Source of the DNA: an uncultured Gammaproteobacteria bacterium
Lineage (GTDB): Bacteria; Patescibacteriota; Microgenomatia; Levybacterales; UBA12049
Reading direction: 5' to 3'
Length of the DNA: 64,000 nt
Assembly (NCBI GenBank): GCA_964521295.1
Contig: CAZFRF010000001.1
Span: 7,751 to 71,750, forward strand
Of this stretch, positions 10,301-18,896 are shown piece after piece. A program made the position numbers and the translations under genes. The notes below the pieces were generated by a model. It ran no database searches. It saw nothing but the letters and a program-made list of their open reading frames with translations, and had not been told where the DNA came from. Positions within the stretch are counted from its first letter, which is position 1; the number at the start of each line of letters is the position of its first letter.

Positions 10301-10616
10301 CTGGATCAACGCATGATGTTCGCCATTCTATTCTGTCATTTAGTTTTGGTTTATAATTGCGTATTTTATAGTCCGTATTGCCTGATAAATTTGTATAACC
10401 AGTCCAAAGATTAATTGGACCTAGATCTTTAGCCCCTTTATACCAAAATCGCACCTGCCAATTTGTACCTACATTATTAAAATTATGAAAATAAATTTGA
10501 GTAATATCTTCTGCAGACGATTTGCCATGTGAGGCTTGGAAAAAAGAAATTGATAGTAAAACAATTATTATTAATTTAAAAAACTTATTCATTATTTGAT
10601 AATTGTGAATACTCAT
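7389..10616 (-). CDS. Large (1075 aa) secreted/anchored cell-surface protein: N-terminal signal-anchor, Cys-rich repeat region, FN3-like and two Cna-B/SdrD-B-like domains, C-terminal beta-helix-like region
   Basis: N-terminal hydrophobic segment; dense CxxxxC spacing around residues 150-330; an ISGNVFIDENKDGYKNNTDANYSAGQTRIYLY...GNYTV segment typical of SdrD-B/Cna-B folds. Confidence 0.7.
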   Translation of the reverse strand: MSIHNYQIMNKFFKLIIIVLLSISFFQASHGKSSAEDITQIYFHNFNNVGTNWQVRFWYKGAKDLGPINLWTGYTNLSGNTDYKIRNYKPKLNDRIEWRTSCVDPEFDVKATYVGGPSDPYNVYYLIGTDASCHSGSTNTIKYRGCGKPNNLGAVYFNTKCPANTSNDCVKAGLVDLCSNGQSVCNSNCTRTTYSCNYNYSGSSMCRTNTDKDNRTCVNNGSCDCTKNTDCNNNKTCVSNDCVNRYSCQSNGQCVKKVGGDYASSDCNNKCGPVDECQNDNDCDNVRVCGTGNNSCVRYGTTCEFKGTGIQRHKECVRNTNDVRNLNAAVCGSGCPVGPVDLSSSASCDSSNRAAITFSWSHIPYEDSYDLYYKRHSSANFTRIGKIEPKASGPNTRTVEGLAFNTQYDWYVIGHTTGTHDDPTVKSVTAHRTTGAQTACLGNLTINTFVDYDGNATQDSTDIAAKNIPYDIATDADPTYKSGDTGAAGSVALTRLPANDYTITISGIPSGWTLTTNNPQTKHVVPPANQVANFGIQPPPPTCTGGLTANPTLVHPGVTNQDTSRLTAVGCRTVDNRVPDYKWPTPDHGTTINVNQPTTTWSIESSYNTLNTFAHPTVSVCNPGSNVCRSYEAQIEIVPYFTISGNVFIDENKDGYKNNTDANYSAGQTRIYLYSGSSLPDESTSPLKTVTNNTGAFNFTGLTAGNYTVAYSSKPASYLMTYPKVDGTPNLTVRTGTGQCTTNDGRTPSNSSWKTQCNSGNITNMNFGINNNVPWIQSGGSDIWFNDGYTNQIPLGAVCTEPDGTTHGAYGSIRLRTDSTPGVIYSGNAAPDFGGGQASVNPYNWQVGDIPGVGKYPETYTPSNGIIKTSYNYLLAAATKNGLTIRDLTSYCGGNLNDCDLPNTAAALPNGIYRAEGDLRITENTTFPAGKNYVILVHGNLYIDNEIHVPIGSTVIFSAGPRSNGNGGNIIINRTVGINQANVYDSFQVEGWYSADRNFTLDGENNCPTKDYRLNLQGAIVVNAGLNGGSFINNRDRCADDANCPVFYIQERPDFTLNAPSFLQVAPRIWREVAP

Positions 10617-11295
10617 TCGGAAAATTATTTTTTATAAAATTTAATAATTTATCTCCAATGATGATATTTTGTTTAGTTTTAGAAGCGTCAATATTGTTTT
10701 TTAAATCTTGAGCGAGCAGAAAGTATTGATTTGCTTTTATATCATTTTGTGTTTTCGATCTATAACCAGTATTTATTAAATCCATTATTAAAGTAGTTTG
10801 TAGTTCTTTGGGTAGATCGCTTTTTTGAATTTCCTCTACAATATTTAATATCTCCTTTGGTTGAGGTGTGTCTGCGCAGGTTGAATCAATACATGGATAA
10901 TTATAAATTTCCTTATTTTCTGAGTAATATTTAGGAAAATTTTTAGAAGTATATGATTTTATTAATTCAAGTGTTTTAGTGTAATTGGGATCGTTTGTTT
11001 CTGAATAATTAAATACTACTTCAGTAAAAAGTGCTTCAATATATTTTATTTTTTCACTTTCTGACTTTTCAATTGTTATGTTTTTAAAATATTCATCTAT
11101 TTTGCCTCTTCCTGAATAAGGTGAGGGCTTCAGATTGCTAATTGATAAATTAAGTTCATTTAAATCTTTGTCGGAAAATTTAGAATTACTTAAAGGATTT
11201 GAATATTTATCAATTAAACTAATTGCAATTACTGCAACTATTATTAATACAATAATTAAAAATAAAATTGCTATATAAATTCTATTATTAGCCAT
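10585..11295 (-). CDS. Membrane-anchored hypothetical protein (N-terminal TM helix)
   Basis: N-terminal hydrophobic segment IAILFLIIVLIIVAVIAISLI. Confidence 0.45.
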   Translation of the reverse strand: MANNRIYIAILFLIIVLIIVAVIAISLIDKYSNPLSNSKFSDKDLNELNLSISNLKPSPYSGRGKIDEYFKNITIEKSESEKIKYIEALFTEVVFNYSETNDPNYTKTLELIKSYTSKNFPKYYSENKEIYNYPCIDSTCADTPQPKEILNIVEEIQKSDLPKELQTTLIMDLINTGYRSKTQNDIKANQYFLLAQDLKNNIDASKTKQNIIIGDKLLNFIKNNFPNEYSQLSNNE

Positions 11296-11350
11296 AAGAT
11301 GCCTAATTAAAGGGTAAGGTATTATAAATTTTTTGTCAACAGTGGGGGAA

Positions 11351-12139
11351 TTAAATAACTGATGTTAGGAAGCTGTCTACAAATTCTTTCATTCCTTTAG
11401 GAAAAATTGGTGAAGTTACCTCCCAATTATATAGTTGGCATGCTGCATCCCATGCTTTTTGTCTTGTTTCAGGTGATAGACTTTGATCTTTACTTAGATA
11501 GAATAAGCCAACTGTTGCGCTCATGCAGTATCCTTCTCTATCTCTTAATTCCATCTTGTTATTCTTACAGTTTTTTAAATCCTTATTTGGATCTACTCCA
11601 ACTGCATCTAAATAACTAGCAACAGCTTCTGGATCTTTATAGACTTGTTTTGCTAATTTAACGCCATTATTAAGAGAGCCTTTTCTAGGTTCCTTGTCTT
11701 GCATAAATTCTCTTATATCATGGCTAACTTGAGGTGTTGGTTCAGGTGTTGGTTGAGGATTTTCAGTAGGTTTATTAGGCAATGTACAGATAAGAGTTGA
11801 TCCATCAGACATAGTTTGTTTTGCAAGTACAATGCTTGGAGCAGGGTGCTCAACTCCTAAGGCAGTATTGCTTACGCCCGCTGTTTGAATAACATTTGGT
11901 GTTGGTTCTGCGCCTGGAGGTATAACACAGGCTGGAGGAATCATAAGAAAAATCGAAGCATATAAATTAAATGGAACCTCTCCAATTATTTGGGTTTGTT
12001 CAATTTGAGCCGTTTGTGTTTCGGGTTGGGGAGTTGGTGCTTGAGCTAGTGCTCCATGAGACCCTAAAATTTCTGCCCCTGCTACTGCAGTTGCGATTAT
12101 TTTAGCCCTGTGACCTTGTAAAAGCCTTTCTGGACTCAT
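11351..12139 (-). CDS. Hypothetical protein with Pro/Thr/Gln-rich linker
   Basis: ORF with PTPQPETQTAQ and PTENPQPTPEPTPQ linker segments; a TTGACA-17-TATTAT promoter lies upstream on the minus strand. Confidence 0.45.
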   Translation of the reverse strand: MSPERLLQGHRAKIIATAVAGAEILGSHGALAQAPTPQPETQTAQIEQTQIIGEVPFNLYASIFLMIPPACVIPPGAEPTPNVIQTAGVSNTALGVEHPAPSIVLAKQTMSDGSTLICTLPNKPTENPQPTPEPTPQVSHDIREFMQDKEPRKGSLNNGVKLAKQVYKDPEAVASYLDAVGVDPNKDLKNCKNNKMELRDREGYCMSATVGLFYLSKDQSLSPETRQKAWDAACQLYNWEVTSPIFPKGMKEFVDSFLTSVI

Positions 12140-12221
12140 ATCCTATATAATTCCTACCTTGAGTGAATAATACTATGAGGTTAAGTTTTTGTCAAGAGGG
12201 AGGCTAAATTAGATTGCTATT

Positions 12222-12797
12222 TCAATCTAATTGTGTACTCAATATAGTAAAATCGTTATCTTTTCCTATTTCATATTCGATGTTGAATTTTTTTTCATAA
12301 TTTTTTTGGATAAAAAGTAAATCACAGGCTATATCTTCGATCGCAGACGAGTTGTCGGCTGCAATGGTATCCCTATCAATTATTCCGCAGCTTGTGTTTT
12401 TATCAATTTTTAGATTAATAAGCGTGTCTTTATAGTAAAAATATAAATTATCGTCTTTTTTTCTAAAAAAACTTGCGTTAATAGACCAGCTATTGGTATT
12501 TTTTGAATAAATCCTATTGTCACTTAAAAGTTTTATTGCAGATAAACTTTGTTCTGATGAGTACTTATGAGGGAGATCGAAGAAATAATTTGGGTAGTTT
12601 TGGGATAAGGGTATGATATTTAAGTAATTTAAGCAGAGAATTAGAATGACTAAAATCGGAATAAGCAAAATTATTAAAAATATGCTCTTAATGAATCGAT
12701 TTGCGAAAAGTTCAAGTTTTAAAAATGGTTTTCTAAAAGAATATGCGTCTTTTGCATTAGGTTGATATTGTAGATCATTTACGTTTGATTCCTGCAT
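12222..12797 (-). CDS. Membrane-anchored hypothetical protein
   Basis: One TM helix (IFLIILLIPILVILILCL); no motif recognised. Confidence 0.4.
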   Translation of the reverse strand: MQESNVNDLQYQPNAKDAYSFRKPFLKLELFANRFIKSIFLIILLIPILVILILCLNYLNIIPLSQNYPNYFFDLPHKYSSEQSLSAIKLLSDNRIYSKNTNSWSINASFFRKKDDNLYFYYKDTLINLKIDKNTSCGIIDRDTIAADNSSAIEDIACDLLFIQKNYEKKFNIEYEIGKDNDFTILSTQLD

Positions 12798-12810
12798 AAA
12801 TTAACGCAAT

Positions 12811-13464
12811 TTACTGACTGACAACTGGCTGCGTGGTAGGGGATGTTGTAATAAGTGTAATTTGTCCGTCTTTTGTTTCTTTTAGAAGTGATTCATCTGT
12901 GCCATTGCCGTGGACGCTTGTTTTAGGCATAAAATTGAAAGATGTAGTTGGGACATCAGGGTTAGGAGTGAGTGTAAAAGTAATTTTAGCTAAGTTTCCT
13001 TTAGACATTACTCCGGATTCACCTAATGATGTGCCAATTGCGTAGGATATTCTACCGTTGGGTTGGTCAATTGTTTTTAAAGCTTCAGTAGCTGAGCTAA
13101 AATAATCTAATGGAGAAATGGTTACATTAGAAACAACTTTTGGATCATAGTAAAGTTCTAGCTGGACTCCAGTTACTGTATTTTTGCCAGAATCAAGATA
13201 AACAATAGAAGAATATGTTCCATCTGAATTCTTTTCTGCATTGAGAACAGAAAGAGTCGAGTCAGCATTATTTTCTTTTACCATTGGAGTTTGCTTTAGG
13301 ACTTCATTTAGCTTTCCTTTTGGAGAAATGGCTACGTATGTAAGTAAAGCTGCGATAATTGCAAGTAAAACAATTAAGAGAATTGTTTTTAATGGCACAC
13401 CAAATGAAGATTCTGTATGCGCTTCTGGTTTAGCCTCTGGTTGTTTAACTTGTTGTTCGTCCAT
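12811..13464 (-). CDS. Membrane-anchored cohesin-domain protein
   Basis: N-terminal TM helix, then VTGVQLELYYDPKVV...GNLAKITFTL resembling the cohesin fold signature (dfvysYDPnvL...vfAtivakV). Confidence 0.5.
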   Translation of the reverse strand: MDEQQVKQPEAKPEAHTESSFGVPLKTILLIVLLAIIAALLTYVAISPKGKLNEVLKQTPMVKENNADSTLSVLNAEKNSDGTYSSIVYLDSGKNTVTGVQLELYYDPKVVSNVTISPLDYFSSATEALKTIDQPNGRISYAIGTSLGESGVMSKGNLAKITFTLTPNPDVPTTSFNFMPKTSVHGNGTDESLLKETKDGQITLITTSPTTQPVVSQ

Positions 13465-13503
13465 AAAATAATTGTTAACTATTTAAAAATTCTTGTCAAT
13501 TAC

Positions 13504-15024
13504 TTAATCTCCATTTTGAATAGAAAATTCTTGGAGGAAGTAAATATAATCGATTTGGTCAATGGTTCCGTCGTCGTTGATATCTGCATTTAATTTATAA
13601 ATGTCATTTGAATTGCAGGCGGTTTTGTCGGAATCTGTCTTAGCAAAGATAGAGCAGGAGACAAATAGGTTATAATCTTCAATTCCAATACTATTATTCA
13701 TATTAATATCGCCATTAGTAAGATTAACAGCAGGGATAGCATTGTGTTCTTTTTTTGGATCAATGAAAACAGTGCCGGGAATTTGTTTAGTTAAAAAGCC
13801 TGGAATAGTAAGTTTTACAATATAATTTCCCGCTACTAAGTCGTATCCATTTCCATTTTCTATTTCCAATGAGCCAATAAATTTACCATAATTAGCTGTT
13901 GTTTCTTCTGCTTGATAATTAACTTTAGTGTGTGCCTCGCCAAATTTTTCATTTTTTAAATTATAGATTTCAAGCTTTACTTCTCTTTCTGTATGGACTG
14001 GATTTTTATTTGATGCTGTAAATGCAGGAACTCTATTTGTTCCAGTAGTTCCAATAGTGTCAAGTCCAAGCACCACATCTAAATTAAATGTGTCTTTAGG
14101 TGCTGGGTCAGTTTGGCAGGATGCGCCTTCTGTAGTGCATCCTCCTGTGTTTGCTCCACAAGCAGCAACTTTGACACATGCTTTATTTTGACATTCAAAA
14201 TGTGGATTTGAATTGGTTCCCGTACAAGTTGGACCTGACTCCTGAATTGTATATTTAAGAGCAAAGCTATCTTTTTTAGCAGGTTTTGCTTTGTTAGCAA
14301 CTTCAATATTAATTGTTTTGGTTCCAGTTGCTCCTGCTTTCGATTTAATTTTTACCTTAGCAGTATCCTCTTTGCCATTTTTTAAAGTTGAAATTGCATT
14401 TGGTACAAAATCTACAGTCCAGTTAGTAGGTAAATTTAACGCAGTAAGTTTAAAGTTCGCGGGATCACAGCGAATATTATTGTTTTTAACGTTAATGGTA
14501 TATGTAAGTATTGAGCCTGCAGCTCCGGTTTTCTCAGCTTCACTTGAGGTAATAGTTGGATTTAGCTCTTTACATTCTGCTGTTACTACGTAGCCAATGT
14601 TTTTAACAATATCTTTTGCGTTTGCATTATTAATATTAGTAGCAGCAACAGAGTTGATGTTGTGTGTTCCGACTGTGGCATCTCTTGGGGGAGTTACTGT
14701 TCCATTGAAGTTAACTGTAGCATTTTCTGCAACAGTTACTACGTTAGTATTGCTGACCTTGTCTCCTGCAAAGTCAATTTTCCAACCTGAGGTTGCACTT
14801 CCGGGCAGATTTGCGGTTAACTTGTATTTCTTAGCGCCATCTGCTGCAGCACAATTTTTAAGTTGGAAATGGTAGGTTACAGAGTTTGGGTGATTTGTAT
14901 GTCCTGTTAATTTAAGAATTGGATCAGGACAAGCAGCGTTTGCTGAAGTTGTGGTGAAGGAAAAAACGCTTAAAACGAAAAATGATATTAATAAAACCTT
15001 AATTGATTTAATTAGGAAATGCAT
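13504..15024 (-). CDS. Secreted surface protein with C-terminal dockerin-like domain
   Basis: Signal peptide; Ig-like repeats; C-terminal duplicated Ca-binding loops GDINMNNSIGIEDYNLF and DINDDGTIDQIDYIYF (type-I dockerin pattern). Confidence 0.6.
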   Translation of the reverse strand: MHFLIKSIKVLLISFFVLSVFSFTTTSANAACPDPILKLTGHTNHPNSVTYHFQLKNCAAADGAKKYKLTANLPGSATSGWKIDFAGDKVSNTNVVTVAENATVNFNGTVTPPRDATVGTHNINSVAATNINNANAKDIVKNIGYVVTAECKELNPTITSSEAEKTGAAGSILTYTINVKNNNIRCDPANFKLTALNLPTNWTVDFVPNAISTLKNGKEDTAKVKIKSKAGATGTKTINIEVANKAKPAKKDSFALKYTIQESGPTCTGTNSNPHFECQNKACVKVAACGANTGGCTTEGASCQTDPAPKDTFNLDVVLGLDTIGTTGTNRVPAFTASNKNPVHTEREVKLEIYNLKNEKFGEAHTKVNYQAEETTANYGKFIGSLEIENGNGYDLVAGNYIVKLTIPGFLTKQIPGTVFIDPKKEHNAIPAVNLTNGDINMNNSIGIEDYNLFVSCSIFAKTDSDKTACNSNDIYKLNADINDDGTIDQIDYIYFLQEFSIQNGD

Positions 15025-15086
15025 ATAAATCCTTAGAATTAGAATAGTATAGTCTTAAAGACTTTGTCAAGAAGAGTAATTAAAGC

Positions 15087-15193
15087 TTGAAAACTAGGCA
15101 AGATATTTGTATAATACTTCTTATCACTCACATTCAAACAAAGTTTCTGAGAGTAAAATCCTCGTTTGAATGGCGGAATAAGAAACTTAAAAT
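15087..15193 (+). promoter_or_regulatory. rpsB promoter (TTGAAA-17-TgTATAAT) plus structured ~75-nt leader
   Basis: Extended -10 at 15108..15115. Leader has a 9-bp stem CATTCAAAC(15131-15139)/GTTTGAATG(15165-15173); S2-mediated autoregulation of rpsB-tsf is known in other bacteria. Confidence 0.4.
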
Positions 15194-16036
15194 ATGAAAG
15201 ATATATCACTAGAACAACTTCTTGAAGCCGGATGTCATTTTGGCCATCAAGTAACCAGATCAAACCCTAAAGCTAGGGATTTTGTTTTCGAGGCAAGAGA
15301 CAATATTCAAATTATTGACTTAGGTAAAACCAAGGAAGGATTAGATGCAGCAGCAGCATTTGTTAAAACACTTGGGCAAGCAGGTAAAACATTTTTGGTT
15401 ATTGGTACTAAAAAACAAGCAAAGCAAATAATTGAAGAAGAAGTTAAAAGAGGAAGAGAAGAATTGGGCGAAGAGGGATCAGCTAAGCTCTATTACATTA
15501 CTCAAAGATGGGTTGGTGGAATTTTAACTAATTTCCCAGAGGTTTCTAAGAATTTCAAAAAACTTTCTGAATTAAAAGCTAATTTAGCAACAGCTGAAAT
15601 GAAAGCTAAATATACTAAAAAAGAAATCGGTCTTTTTGATAAAGAAAGACAAAGATTAGAAGGTTTCTATTCAGGGATTGTGGGAATGACTCAAAAACCA
15701 GACGCGCTCTTTATTATTGATTCTCATATGGAGAATCTAGCAGTTAGAGAGGCACTATCAACTCATGTTCCAACAGTCGCTATTGTTGATACAAATGCAG
15801 ATCCATATATTATTGATCATCCAATTCCAGCAAATGATGATGCTGTTGGTAGCATTAAATTAATTGTAGGACATATTATTGATGCTTTTGTTGAAGGAGT
15901 TAAGCATCCAGAGAAAAAAGCAGTTGAGAAACCAGCTAAAGAAGAATCAAAATCAAAAGAAGCTAAAGAAACTCCAAAAGAAGAAAAGAAGGAAGTTAAG
16001 AAAGCTACTAAAGTAAAAAAGACAACCAAAAAATAA
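15194..16036 (+). CDS. rpsB: 30S ribosomal protein S2 with Lys/Glu-rich C-terminal tail
   Basis: LLEAGCHFGHQ N-terminal motif; S2 fold throughout. Confidence 0.93.
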   Translation: MKDISLEQLLEAGCHFGHQVTRSNPKARDFVFEARDNIQIIDLGKTKEGLDAAAAFVKTLGQAGKTFLVIGTKKQAKQIIEEEVKRGREELGEEGSAKLYYITQRWVGGILTNFPEVSKNFKKLSELKANLATAEMKAKYTKKEIGLFDKERQRLEGFYSGIVGMTQKPDALFIIDSHMENLAVREALSTHVPTVAIVDTNADPYIIDHPIPANDDAVGSIKLIVGHIIDAFVEGVKHPEKKAVEKPAKEESKSKEAKETPKEEKKEVKKATKVKKTTKK

Positions 16037-16037
16037 T

Positions 16038-16490
16038 ATGGCATTAGACGTAACGCTTATTAAAAAATTAAGAGACGAAACTTCAGCCTCTATTGCAGAT
16101 TGCAGAAAAGCCCTTGAAGAAACAGATGGCAATTACGAAAAAGCTTTGGATTGGTTGAAAAAACATGGTATAGAAAAAGCTGAGAAAAAAGCAGACAGGG
16201 AAACAGGCCAAGGGTTAGTTGAATCATATATTCATCAAAATGGTAAAGTAGGATCTGTACTCGTTATTCTTTGTGAAACAGATTTTGTTGCTAGAACTGA
16301 GGATTTCAAGAAATTAGCCCATGAAATTGCAATGCAAGTTGCAGCTATGGATCCTAAAGACGTTGACACCTTATTAAAACAAGAATATATTAGAGACAAC
16401 TCTGTTACTATTAATGATTTAGTAAAGCAAACGATAGCAAAGCTCGGAGAAAACATTGTAGTAAGAGAATTTAAAAGATTTGAAATATAA
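16038..16490 (+). CDS. tsf: Elongation factor Ts (short form)
   Basis: N-terminal UBA-like LIKKLRDETSASIADCRKALEETDGNYEKALDWL; 150 aa. Confidence 0.85.
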   Translation: MALDVTLIKKLRDETSASIADCRKALEETDGNYEKALDWLKKHGIEKAEKKADRETGQGLVESYIHQNGKVGSVLVILCETDFVARTEDFKKLAHEIAMQVAAMDPKDVDTLLKQEYIRDNSVTINDLVKQTIAKLGENIVVREFKRFEI

Positions 16491-17050
16491 TGGATTCTAA
16501 TTTATCTCAGGCACAAGTTAATATGAAAAAAGTCCTGGAGGTCTTAAACACAGATCTTTCCACAGTCAGGGCTGGAAAAGCATCCCCATCTTTAGTTGAT
16601 AATATAATGGTTGGCGCATATGGCGGAACTCAAAAACTAAGAGTAATGGAGCTTGCTCAAATTCACGCATTAGATAATCAAACTTTAGCTATAACACCAT
16701 ACGACGCATCAATAATTGGTGAAATTAAAAATGCAATTTTAGAATCTAATACAGGGCTTACGCCAGTAATAGATGGACAAGTTATTAGAATTTCAATCCC
16801 TCCATTGTCAGAAGAGAGAAGACAGCAATTAGTTCACTTGGTAAATCAAAAATTAGAAGGTGGAAGAATTCAGGTTAGACAAGTTAGACATGAGGAAATG
16901 GAAGCTATTAAAAAAAGTTTTGCTGATAAATTAATTACAGAAGATGATAGGGATAGGCTTGAAAAAGAAGTGCAGAAAATAACTGATGAAACTATTGCTA
17001 CAATTGACTCTATGGGAAAGCAAAAAGAAACAGAGTTAATGCAAATTTAA
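16490..17050 (+). CDS. frr: Ribosome recycling factor
   Basis: RRF length and conserved R-rich C-terminal helix. Confidence 0.88.
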   Translation: MDSNLSQAQVNMKKVLEVLNTDLSTVRAGKASPSLVDNIMVGAYGGTQKLRVMELAQIHALDNQTLAITPYDASIIGEIKNAILESNTGLTPVIDGQVIRISIPPLSEERRQQLVHLVNQKLEGGRIQVRQVRHEEMEAIKKSFADKLITEDDRDRLEKEVQKITDETIATIDSMGKQKETELMQI

Positions 17051-17209
17051 CTTTAATGAATTATAAAAATAGTGAAATTGAAGTACGCTTCTTAAGCATT
17101 AATCCTCAAGTCATAATTACAAAACTCAAGCAAAATAAGGCAGCTGAAGAGGTTTTACTAAGGAGAATTTGTGTTTATTAGAAAAATAAATAATATATAA
17201 TCAATACTT

Positions 17210-17779
17210 ATGAAAATAATTCTTGGTTCTTCTTCTAAATTTAGAAATCAAATTATGCAAGATCTGGGTTATAATTATGATGTTATCTCTCCCGATATAG
17301 ATGAAAAGAATATTCGAGATTTAGACCCAAAAAAAATGGTTTTAAAAATTGCTTATGCCAAAGCATCAGCTATTGCTAGTAAAATTAAACAACCTGCCCT
17401 AATAATTACAGCAGATCAGGTAATATCTTTTAACGGAGTAGTAAGAGAAAAGCCGACCTCTGAGAAGGAGGCATATCAATTTCTTTCTAGTTACAATAGT
17501 AAGTCATTAGAGACGATAAATGGGGTAGTTGTTACAAATACAAAAACTGGCGTTCAAAATTCTGGTTTAGATATTGTTAAGGTGTATTTACGTCCAATTC
17601 CGAAGGAGATAATATATCAATTGATTGCAGAGGGAGAAATATTTAATTGTGCTGGAGCATTAAGATTAGAAGATCCTTTAATGAAGCCTTATATAAAAAA
17701 AATAGATGGATCTATAGATAGTTTAATGGGGTTACCTAAAATACTTACCAAAAGATTAATAACTAGCATAATGTCATAG
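17210..17779 (+). CDS. maf: Maf-like nucleoside triphosphate pyrophosphatase
   Basis: N-terminal ILGSSSKFR Maf signature. Confidence 0.82.
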   Translation: MKIILGSSSKFRNQIMQDLGYNYDVISPDIDEKNIRDLDPKKMVLKIAYAKASAIASKIKQPALIITADQVISFNGVVREKPTSEKEAYQFLSSYNSKSLETINGVVVTNTKTGVQNSGLDIVKVYLRPIPKEIIYQLIAEGEIFNCAGALRLEDPLMKPYIKKIDGSIDSLMGLPKILTKRLITSIMS

Positions 17780-17824
17780 ATTTTAAGTTAACTTGTATTA
17801 TAGGACTAATTATGATAGTATTGC

Positions 17825-18346
17825 TTGATTATGGTAAGTGAAGCAAAAGATAAATTGATTCCTCAGCCAAATTTAATGTCTGCATATACAAAACAAAGGT
17901 TAATCGAGGATTTGGCGAGAGCAGAGGCTGAATTAGCTGAGGCGAAGCGTCAAATTGGAGAGGCAGCAGGCGGAAGCCACGATTGGCATGATAATTTTGC
18001 ATATGAACAAGCTACGAGAGATGCTCAGCTTAATATGACTAGGGTTTTAAATTTACGCGCTGCATTAACAAATGTAGCTATAATTGCCCCACGGGAAAGA
18101 GTGGATACTATAGGAATAGGCAACAATGTTATGGTTTCATTTGAAAATCAAGATGGAGAAGAGTTTTCATTACTTGGTCCTCAAGATGTGAATTATCAGC
18201 CTCATGCTATTTCCTTTTATTCTCCATTGGGAGCGCAGTTATTGGGTAAAACCACTGGTGACTCTGTTAAGTTTAAGGTAAAAGAAAGAGAGCTAACGGT
18301 TAAAGTGATAGAGGTTAGGCCGGGTGCTTTTAGAAATGCGCAATGA
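17825..18346 (+). CDS. greA: Transcription elongation factor GreA
   Basis: Coiled-coil N-terminus and FKBP-like C-terminal domain pattern. Confidence 0.78.
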   Translation: MIMVSEAKDKLIPQPNLMSAYTKQRLIEDLARAEAELAEAKRQIGEAAGGSHDWHDNFAYEQATRDAQLNMTRVLNLRAALTNVAIIAPRERVDTIGIGNNVMVSFENQDGEEFSLLGPQDVNYQPHAISFYSPLGAQLLGKTTGDSVKFKVKERELTVKVIEVRPGAFRNAQ

Positions 18347-18896
18347 ACATTTTTTTGCAATAGAGGGCTTAGATGGTGTAGGAAAATCTACGACAGTTGA
18401 TCAGCTAGTAGGGATGGGTTATTCTAGGGTTACTACGCCTACGGCGTTATTTAAAAAAGCACGACCATTATTTGAGAATGCAGATACTAGAGTTCGTTTT
18501 GTTTATTATTTATTAGGCGTAATGCATGCAGGTATGCAGGCTCATGATATGCAAAGCCATCAACCTGTTATTTCAGATAGATATCTTTTAACTACGCTAG
18601 CCGCTCATGAAGCAATGGGTTTATCGGTCGGATGGATAAATATGTTTAAGCCCGTTTTGAAGACAATTGAAAGACCTAGTAATACATTTTTAGTAACATG
18701 TGACGAAGAGGAGAGATTAAGAAGGTTAAATGCTAGAGGCGCGAATGCAGTAGATGTGAAAAATTTAGAAATTAATCCATTAATATTGGAAGGATATTCT
18801 AGATGGGCAGATAATTTAGGTCATAGATTGACTATTGTGGATTCAACCCATTTAACACCTCGAGAAACAGCAGAGTTAATTCAAGGCACAAAATGA
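18324..18896 (+). CDS. Thymidylate-kinase-family (d)NMP kinase paralog
   Basis: P-loop EGLDGVGKST and a DRY motif; a second Tmk-like gene in the window; overlaps the greA 3' end. Confidence 0.58.
   Translation: MLLEMRNEHFFAIEGLDGVGKSTTVDQLVGMGYSRVTTPTALFKKARPLFENADTRVRFVYYLLGVMHAGMQAHDMQSHQPVISDRYLLTTLAAHEAMGLSVGWINMFKPVLKTIERPSNTFLVTCDEEERLRRLNARGANAVDVKNLEINPLILEGYSRWADNLGHRLTIVDSTHLTPRETAELIQGTK

Noticed and set aside
8248-10414. Several 60-110-aa ORFs (8248, 9562, 9678, 9962, 10223) within or antisense to the 1075-aa surface protein gene
   Set aside because: Nested or antisense in a long, clearly coding ORF; hydrophobic or low-complexity artefacts.
14079-14875. ORFs 14079(-), 14291(+) and 14597(+) inside the dockerin-protein gene
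   Set aside because: Alternative frames of a 506-aa secreted protein gene; no independent signals.
15051-15063. Inverted repeat AGTCT-TAA-AGACT between the divergent rpsB and surface-protein genes, a possible operator
   Set aside because: Only 5-bp half-sites; expected by chance in AT-rich DNA; no second copy seen.
15039-15263. Minus-strand 74-aa ORF across the rpsB promoter and start
   Set aside because: Overlaps the rpsB promoter, leader and N-terminus; antisense artefact.
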